Below the pieces are notes generated by a model that was not told the origin of the DNA, made no database searches, and saw nothing but the letters and a program-made list of their open reading frames with translations. 64,000 nt of DNA. Source: Candidatus Parcubacteria bacterium. Lineage in GTDB: Bacteria > Patescibacteriota > Minisyncoccia > Minisyncoccales > JAGMDC01. Positions 59,493 through 64,000 of this stretch are shown here, one piece after another; positions within the stretch are counted from its first letter, which is position 1; each line of letters opens with the position of its first letter. The translations under genes were made by a program, and so were the position numbers. The stretch lies in assembly GCA_023130975.1 (NCBI GenBank), contig JAGMAD010000006.1, positions 87,187 to 151,186 of the forward strand. The letters run 5' to 3'.

Positions 59493-60831
59493 ATTCTTCT
59501 GCAGGAAAGTAAAAACTAGCTGGTTCGCCGTCAAGATTATATACATTACATAGCTTCCCTTCTTCATTTAAACCGTATTTAAGACATAGCTCCGGATTAT
59601 CCTCGTCAAATGTTATACAATTAAATACTCGGCAATATTCTGAGATGTCAAAATTTTCAAACAACACTTTATCTATTTCTCGCCCAAGCGGTACATTTAA
59701 TTTTTTATATTCATATTTAGCTAAATTGTTTCTTTGACCGTAAGGGAATTTTACTAATTCTTCAGCATCTTTTAGATAATCTAAGTCCGGAATTAACTCT
59801 TCGTCCCTTAACTTTTTTAATCTCTCAAGAGCTTCATTTACTGTTAAAAATTTTGAGTTGTCCGGGTCACCGTCCTCTATTAATATTATAATTTCTTCTC
59901 TTTTTTCCTCCATTTCCTCTATAGTAGCTGGCATAGTATCATTTCTAAGGGTTTCCATTTCTTCCCTATGAGGGCAGGTATCACCTGTGCAATCGCATTG
60001 CTGGTTAGCGCAGCTGCAGCTGGAATCACATTCATTACAGGCGCATTCAGCGGCATAATCTCTTAATTCCTCAGATTCATTTTTCAGTTCCTCAGCTATA
60101 ATTTTCAGCTCCTCGGATTTAACTCTTAACTCCTCGGATTTAATATTGATTGCTCCCAAAAGTTTTTTTATACAATCTAATCGGTCATGGTCTTCTAATA
60201 AGGCAATTTTATTGCCTTCCTCGTCATAATCATAGCAATAGCGAAAATCAGTATCACGAGCAAACTCATCATCCATAGTGTTCTGAATGATTTCTCCGGT
60301 TCGGCAATCTATTAGATTTCTATCCTCATCAAAACAGCTTAAATTTTTAGTTAAAATGATTTCCGCTAAAAGTCCAATTGGAATTTCTTGATAATATGTT
60401 GTTTTTATCTCTGGGGGGCCATATTCTGGCGGTTCATCAGGTTCAAAGGGTTTTAAATCCTCAAGTTTTAAAATAGCCAGTTCAGGGTTGATAGTAGTTA
60501 AAATTAACCAAGAAGAAAGCAAGAGAACCAATCCGATAATTCCACCCAACATCCAGGACTTAGCATCACTTGTTGCTGTTGGAGAGCCAGCAGAAAGGAG
60601 CCAGCGGATTCCTCCAAATAGCAAGACAGCAAAAGCTAAAATCGCTCCCAAGAGCATAGAGAAATTAAAAATGTATTTTATGTATTCGGGCAAAGTCGTG
60701 TCTGCAGTCGGCGCTTCTCCTCCTATTTCAGGATAGGTGAGTTCCTGGGCAGATACAAAATTACTACAAACAAGAGCTGCTATCACAACAGAAAGAAAAA
60801 CTAAAATAATTTTTTGCTTTTTTTTGGTCAT
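59482..60831 (-). CDS. VirB2/TrbC-like pilin domain fused to a coiled-coil / Cys-rich C-terminal module (paralogue 2)
   Basis: 449-aa ORF. The signal peptide ends ..FVSA|QELTYPEIGGEAP and is followed by a two-helix hairpin. It has SEELRVKSEELKIIAEELKNESEELR repeats and the Cys cluster ECACNECDSSCSCANQQCDCTGDTCPH. Confidence 0.55.
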   Translation of the reverse strand: MTKKKQKIILVFLSVVIAALVCSNFVSAQELTYPEIGGEAPTADTTLPEYIKYIFNFSMLLGAILAFAVLLFGGIRWLLSAGSPTATSDAKSWMLGGIIGLVLLLSSWLILTTINPELAILKLEDLKPFEPDEPPEYGPPEIKTTYYQEIPIGLLAEIILTKNLSCFDEDRNLIDCRTGEIIQNTMDDEFARDTDFRYCYDYDEEGNKIALLEDHDRLDCIKKLLGAINIKSEELRVKSEELKIIAEELKNESEELRDYAAECACNECDSSCSCANQQCDCTGDTCPHREEMETLRNDTMPATIEEMEEKREEIIILIEDGDPDNSKFLTVNEALERLKKLRDEELIPDLDYLKDAEELVKFPYGQRNNLAKYEYKKLNVPLGREIDKVLFENFDISEYCRVFNCITFDEDNPELCLKYGLNEEGKLCNVYNLDGEPASFYFPAEEYEK

Positions 60832-60838
60832 TTTAAGT

Positions 60839-62170
60839 TCAATCTGTAAGAGGAAATATTAATATTGAACGGATCTTTACTCCGTCTGGCTCTGGATCAT
60901 AAACACTGGTTCCCTTTAAGGTTGGGATACAGGTGGTCCCTTTTGGTTTTTTGAAAAATTGGCAAACACCAGGATTATTAATATCAGCGGGATATTGAGG
61001 TTCAGTAATAAGAACAACTCCAAAGTTTCCGTTAGTCGCGTTAATTTCAAGAGACATAATGTTTTCATCTAATGGTTCTTCGCTATGGCTAAATTTATAT
61101 CTATAGATACTGTCTTCCTCAAATTTATAGTTGTCAGGGTCTTCAGCAATACTTAAACCCGTTACTTCGGCAGGACCATCAACTACATATTTTTTTCCTT
61201 TACATTCAATTGAATCATAAAAAGTTATATCACCGCTCGGTTTGTTATTAACATCAAGAGAAAATACTATGATTGAAGAAACATCATATCCTATTGGAGG
61301 TTCATTATTACTGCCTGATGATTGTGTTAAATCCGAGATGTCTTGATTGTAAATCAAACTGCATTTACCCATAAATCCCTGCTCGCTAAATGGAATTACT
61401 CCATAAAAGCGCTCATTTGGTACTTCCCTGCATTCAATTGATTTGACTTTTTTGTCCCAGTCGTCAATATTAGTTAGGCTGTTAGAAAGATGTAAGGGCG
61501 GTCTTTGGTCAATGCCAAAATCAGTTTCTTCATAAAGATAGACGCCGGGTCTATTCCAGAAAAGATGAAAAGATTTTCCTGAGGTAGATTCCGTACTACC
61601 TGCCCCGTCATTTTTAATTTCTGTTACGCTTCCTTTATATTCTTCTTCCGTATAGGCAAAGACCGAATATAATTCTTCGGAAGGACTGATAAATTCTATT
61701 GATACTATGTCAAAATCTTTAATACTTGGAACACTTGACGCATAATATCTTTTTTCGCCTTCATTATTTATTAAATAAACTCCGTTAGCCGGCTTTAAGG
61801 GTTCCATTTCTCCAAAGATAACCAGGTCTGGATTGATAGCGGTTAAAATTACATAAGAGCCGAGTAAGAGCACTAACCCAGTAATTCCGCTAAACATCCA
61901 GGATTTCGCCTCTCCAATTGCTGTTGGAGAGCCAGCAGAGAGTAACCAGCGGATTCCTCCAAACACCAAGACAGCAGAAGCTAAAATCGCTCCCAATATA
62001 ATAGAGAAATTAAAAATGTATTTTATGTATTCGGGTAAGGTTGTGTCTGCAGTCGGTGCTTCTCCTCCTATTTCAGGATAGGTGAGTTCCTGGGCAAAAC
62101 AAAAACCCGTTAAGAAAAAAACAAAAAAGAAAATAGTTAATAAAAATAATATTGTCCGTAATATTGCCAT
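60839..62170 (-). CDS. VirB2/TrbC-like pilin domain fused to a ~330-aa beta-rich module (paralogue 3)
   Basis: 443-aa ORF. The signal peptide ends ..FCFA|QELTYPEIGGEAP and is followed by a two-helix hairpin. It is mosaic: the 5' part resembles 59482-60831 and the middle resembles 57138-58496. Confidence 0.55.
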   Translation of the reverse strand: MAILRTILFLLTIFFFVFFLTGFCFAQELTYPEIGGEAPTADTTLPEYIKYIFNFSIILGAILASAVLVFGGIRWLLSAGSPTAIGEAKSWMFSGITGLVLLLGSYVILTAINPDLVIFGEMEPLKPANGVYLINNEGEKRYYASSVPSIKDFDIVSIEFISPSEELYSVFAYTEEEYKGSVTEIKNDGAGSTESTSGKSFHLFWNRPGVYLYEETDFGIDQRPPLHLSNSLTNIDDWDKKVKSIECREVPNERFYGVIPFSEQGFMGKCSLIYNQDISDLTQSSGSNNEPPIGYDVSSIIVFSLDVNNKPSGDITFYDSIECKGKKYVVDGPAEVTGLSIAEDPDNYKFEEDSIYRYKFSHSEEPLDENIMSLEINATNGNFGVVLITEPQYPADINNPGVCQFFKKPKGTTCIPTLKGTSVYDPEPDGVKIRSILIFPLTD

Positions 62171-62175
62171 AGTAA

Positions 62176-62206
62176 TTGGCTGTTGATGTCAAACATCAAC
62201 AGCCAA
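62176..62206 (-). promoter_or_regulatory. Perfect 14-bp hairpin between the small membrane gene and the first pilin-fusion gene
   Basis: Sequence is TTGGCTGTTGATGT-caa-ACATCAACAGCCAA, with no U-tract. It may be an intra-operon processing or stability element. Confidence 0.4.
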
Positions 62207-62211
62207 CAAGT

Positions 62212-62676
62212 TTATTCTTTTATTTCTTCTTTTACTGTTGAACCAATTTCTGAAATAACAAAAATAGTCCAAAACGGCAAGGCGCCTAAAAGAGGAATTA
62301 GTTCTCCTAAGGTAGCTAATCCAAATCTTAATCCAGTTTTAGATCCTCTTTTTCCAGCTTTTTTCAAGAATTTTCTTGTTTTTTTAACCATTCTTTTTCT
62401 TTCTTCTCCTCTTTCTGCCACTTCCCTGATTAATTCTTCTTTTTTTTCTTCGCCTTCTCCTTTCACTGCTTTTTTTATTGCTGAACGAAAAACTAGCCAG
62501 GCTCCAAAAAAGAAAATGCCCATAATATCAGGTATAAAAGAAAAAACTTCCCCAATTCCAACAATCACGTCTAAAATTAGACAAATTATTCCTATTAAAT
62601 CCAATAAAGCAGCCAGAAAAATCATTAAGATTGCTTCTGGGATTAATAAAAGTCCTGTTGGATTAAAAAGAGACAT
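62212..62676 (-). CDS. Small polytopic membrane protein with a basic/acidic linker, function unknown
   Basis: 154-aa ORF with N-terminal TM helices, a KKAVKGEGEEKKEELIREVAERGEERKRMVKKTRKFLKK linker and a C-terminal TM helix. The start-to-stop gap to the ATPase gene is 2 nt. Confidence 0.5.
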   Translation of the reverse strand: MSLFNPTGLLLIPEAILMIFLAALLDLIGIICLILDVIVGIGEVFSFIPDIMGIFFFGAWLVFRSAIKKAVKGEGEEKKEELIREVAERGEERKRMVKKTRKFLKKAGKRGSKTGLRFGLATLGELIPLLGALPFWTIFVISEIGSTVKEEIKE

Positions 62677-62678
62677 AA

Positions 62679-64000
62679 TTATTCCATTTGTTGTTTAGCT
62701 TTTTTGATTTTCAGGACTTCTTCAGGAGAAGTAGTAATGATTTGTTCTTCAGCATAAGAAGCAACAACGCTGATTGCTACATGTTTTTGGCCAGCGAAAA
62801 ATAGTCCCTCCCCAACTGCTGACTCTAAAAGCATATATTTTTCTTGGTCGGTTAAATTAAATGTTTTTTGAACTATATCAATGGTGGCTGGGCTTTGTTT
62901 CATTAAAAGCTGTAAAGATGAATTAGCGATAATCGGCTGGCCGTATTCGGATTTCATAAAGTCAGATACATCTTGGGTAATAGTAGTGACTCCTAACCAA
63001 TATTTCCGCGCTCTCTTACAAACCCCGAACAGGAAAGAAGCGCCGTCTTCGGATTGCATTATCCACCAGGCCTCATCTACTACCAATATTCTTTTTTTAA
63101 GCTCAGCGCGAATTGAATTCCAAATATACCTCATTATGACATACATCGCCATTGGCTTAAGACCTTCTTCCATATCCCTAATTCCAAAAACCACAAATTT
63201 ATTCTTCATTGAAATATTGGAAGGTTGATTAAAAAACTGGGCAAATGTTCCTTTAGTAAATTTTGTTAAACGTTTAACCAAGGATTCAGCCCCTTCCATT
63301 GTTTCCAGGACTGCCTCCAGGTCTTCCATTAAAGGAGTGTTTTGATTCCAAGTAGAAGGATCGCTTTCCGGAGTAATGTCTTTAGCTGCATATGCCTCGG
63401 TAAGAGCTCGGTCTATAATAGCGTCTTCTTCCGGGGTTAAGCCGCCAAGCATAATTCTTAATAATCCTACCAGATTTGTAATATTTGAACGAAGCACATC
63501 TTCGGGTTTTTCATCTTCCCGAGGCATGGACAGTTCAAAAGGATTAATATGATTAGGAGAAGATAAAGAAACATCAATATAAGAACCCCCTACGCTGTCA
63601 GAGAGGACCTTATATTCGTTTTCCGGGTCAATAATGATACAGTCGGTTCCCAACATTAAAGAACGAAGAATCTCCAACTTCACGAAAAACGACTTTCCCG
63701 CTCCGCTTTTTGCGAATATAACCGAGTTTGCATTCTCCAAACTGAAGCGGTCAAATAAAATTAAAGAACTATTGTGCTGATTAATTCCATAGAGAATCCC
63801 TTCGTTTGAGGAGAGGTCAAAAGAGATAAAAGGAAAGATGCTTGATAAGGGGTCAGTATTAACAGTAGTATGAATACCCATCTGGTCTAATTCGTAAGGA
63901 GAGCAGGAAAGAAAAGCTTCTTTTTGTCGATAAAGGGCTGGTTTTATATAGACAAGACGGGATTCTAAAACAGAACGCAAATCCATTTCAACATCTCTTA
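62679..64000 (-). CDS. VirB4/TraC-class type IV secretion ATPase, C-terminal part (ORF open to the right edge)
   Basis: Walker A AKSGAGKSFFVK and Walker B ILVVDEAWW. There is no stop between the track M at 63986 and the window end (..RDVEMDLRS..). Confidence 0.7.
   Translation of the reverse strand, partial: RDVEMDLRSVLESRLVYIKPALYRQKEAFLSCSPYELDQMGIHTTVNTDPLSSIFPFISFDLSSNEGILYGINQHNSSLILFDRFSLENANSVIFAKSGAGKSFFVKLEILRSLMLGTDCIIIDPENEYKVLSDSVGGSYIDVSLSSPNHINPFELSMPREDEKPEDVLRSNITNLVGLLRIMLGGLTPEEDAIIDRALTEAYAAKDITPESDPSTWNQNTPLMEDLEAVLETMEGAESLVKRLTKFTKGTFAQFFNQPSNISMKNKFVVFGIRDMEEGLKPMAMYVIMRYIWNSIRAELKKRILVVDEAWWIMQSEDGASFLFGVCKRARKYWLGVTTITQDVSDFMKSEYGQPIIANSSLQLLMKQSPATIDIVQKTFNLTDQEKYMLLESAVGEGLFFAGQKHVAISVVASYAEEQIITTSPEEVLKIKKAKQQME

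Noticed and set aside
62183-62698. The 171-aa plus-strand ORF, and the many other 60-160-aa ORFs in the track that lie antisense to long genes (e.g. 31631-32101, 13365-13721, 37129-37986, 46323-46715, 57255-57608, 62881-63228)
   Set aside because: Each lies entirely inside a longer opposite-strand ORF with a recognisable family or clear membrane/secreted architecture. Their translations are low-complexity mirror images, and none has its own start context. I treat them as shadow ORFs.

Overview
All calls come from reading the sequence and the supplied ORF track by eye. No searches or computations were run, and hand-indexed hairpin and repeat coordinates may be off by 1-2 nt.

The window is an AT-rich, tightly packed bacterial chromosome segment. 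Gene content and style suggest a small-genome Patescibacteria/CPR-like organism; that assignment is inference only.

Gene order, left to right:
- recA (edge-truncated), ftsK, rpoC, rpoB
- a degenerate MBL-fold protein, rny, clpP, nusA
- four tRNAs (Ala-GGC, Arg-CCT, His-GTG, Arg-TCT) plus a tRNA-Arg remnant, and an htrA-like protease
- a type IV pilus operon: pilC, four pilin-like genes, pilM, pilN, pilO
- rpsT, holA, an operon of two histidine kinases and two single-domain response regulators, and a FEN-type 5'-3' exonuclease
- an O-antigen-ligase-like TPR protein, a 1204-aa protein with six LamG modules, a four-helix-bundle (Avd-like) gene, and a 2162-aa HTH-TM-LVIVD surface giant
- tsaE, pilB, an LTD protein, yebC, ruvC, a small polyacidic protein, tyrS, a class A PBP
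- the replication-origin block: dnaN, dnaA, oriC, rpmH (not in the track), rnpA, yidD, yidC, jag
- a minus-strand island from 57138 to the right edge

No rRNA, CRISPR array, integrase or transposase is visible.

Most interesting observations:
1. The right-hand island has a VirB4-type ATPase and three VirB2/TrbC-like pilin domains. Each pilin domain is fused to a ~330-aa extracellular module, and the three genes are mosaic paralogues.
2. Two families of GC-rich palindromic elements sit in this AT-rich genome. One copy is inserted in-frame in the exonuclease gene. Others abut canonical TTGACA promoters.
3. A promoter-to-terminator candidate sRNA lies at about 45543-45719 on the minus strand.
4. 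Tandem 7-nt 'words' fill most intergenic spacers and recur in-frame inside rpoC, ftsK, yebC, tsaE and other genes.
5. Seven 129-nt near-identical LVIVD repeats differ mainly in two short hypervariable patches.
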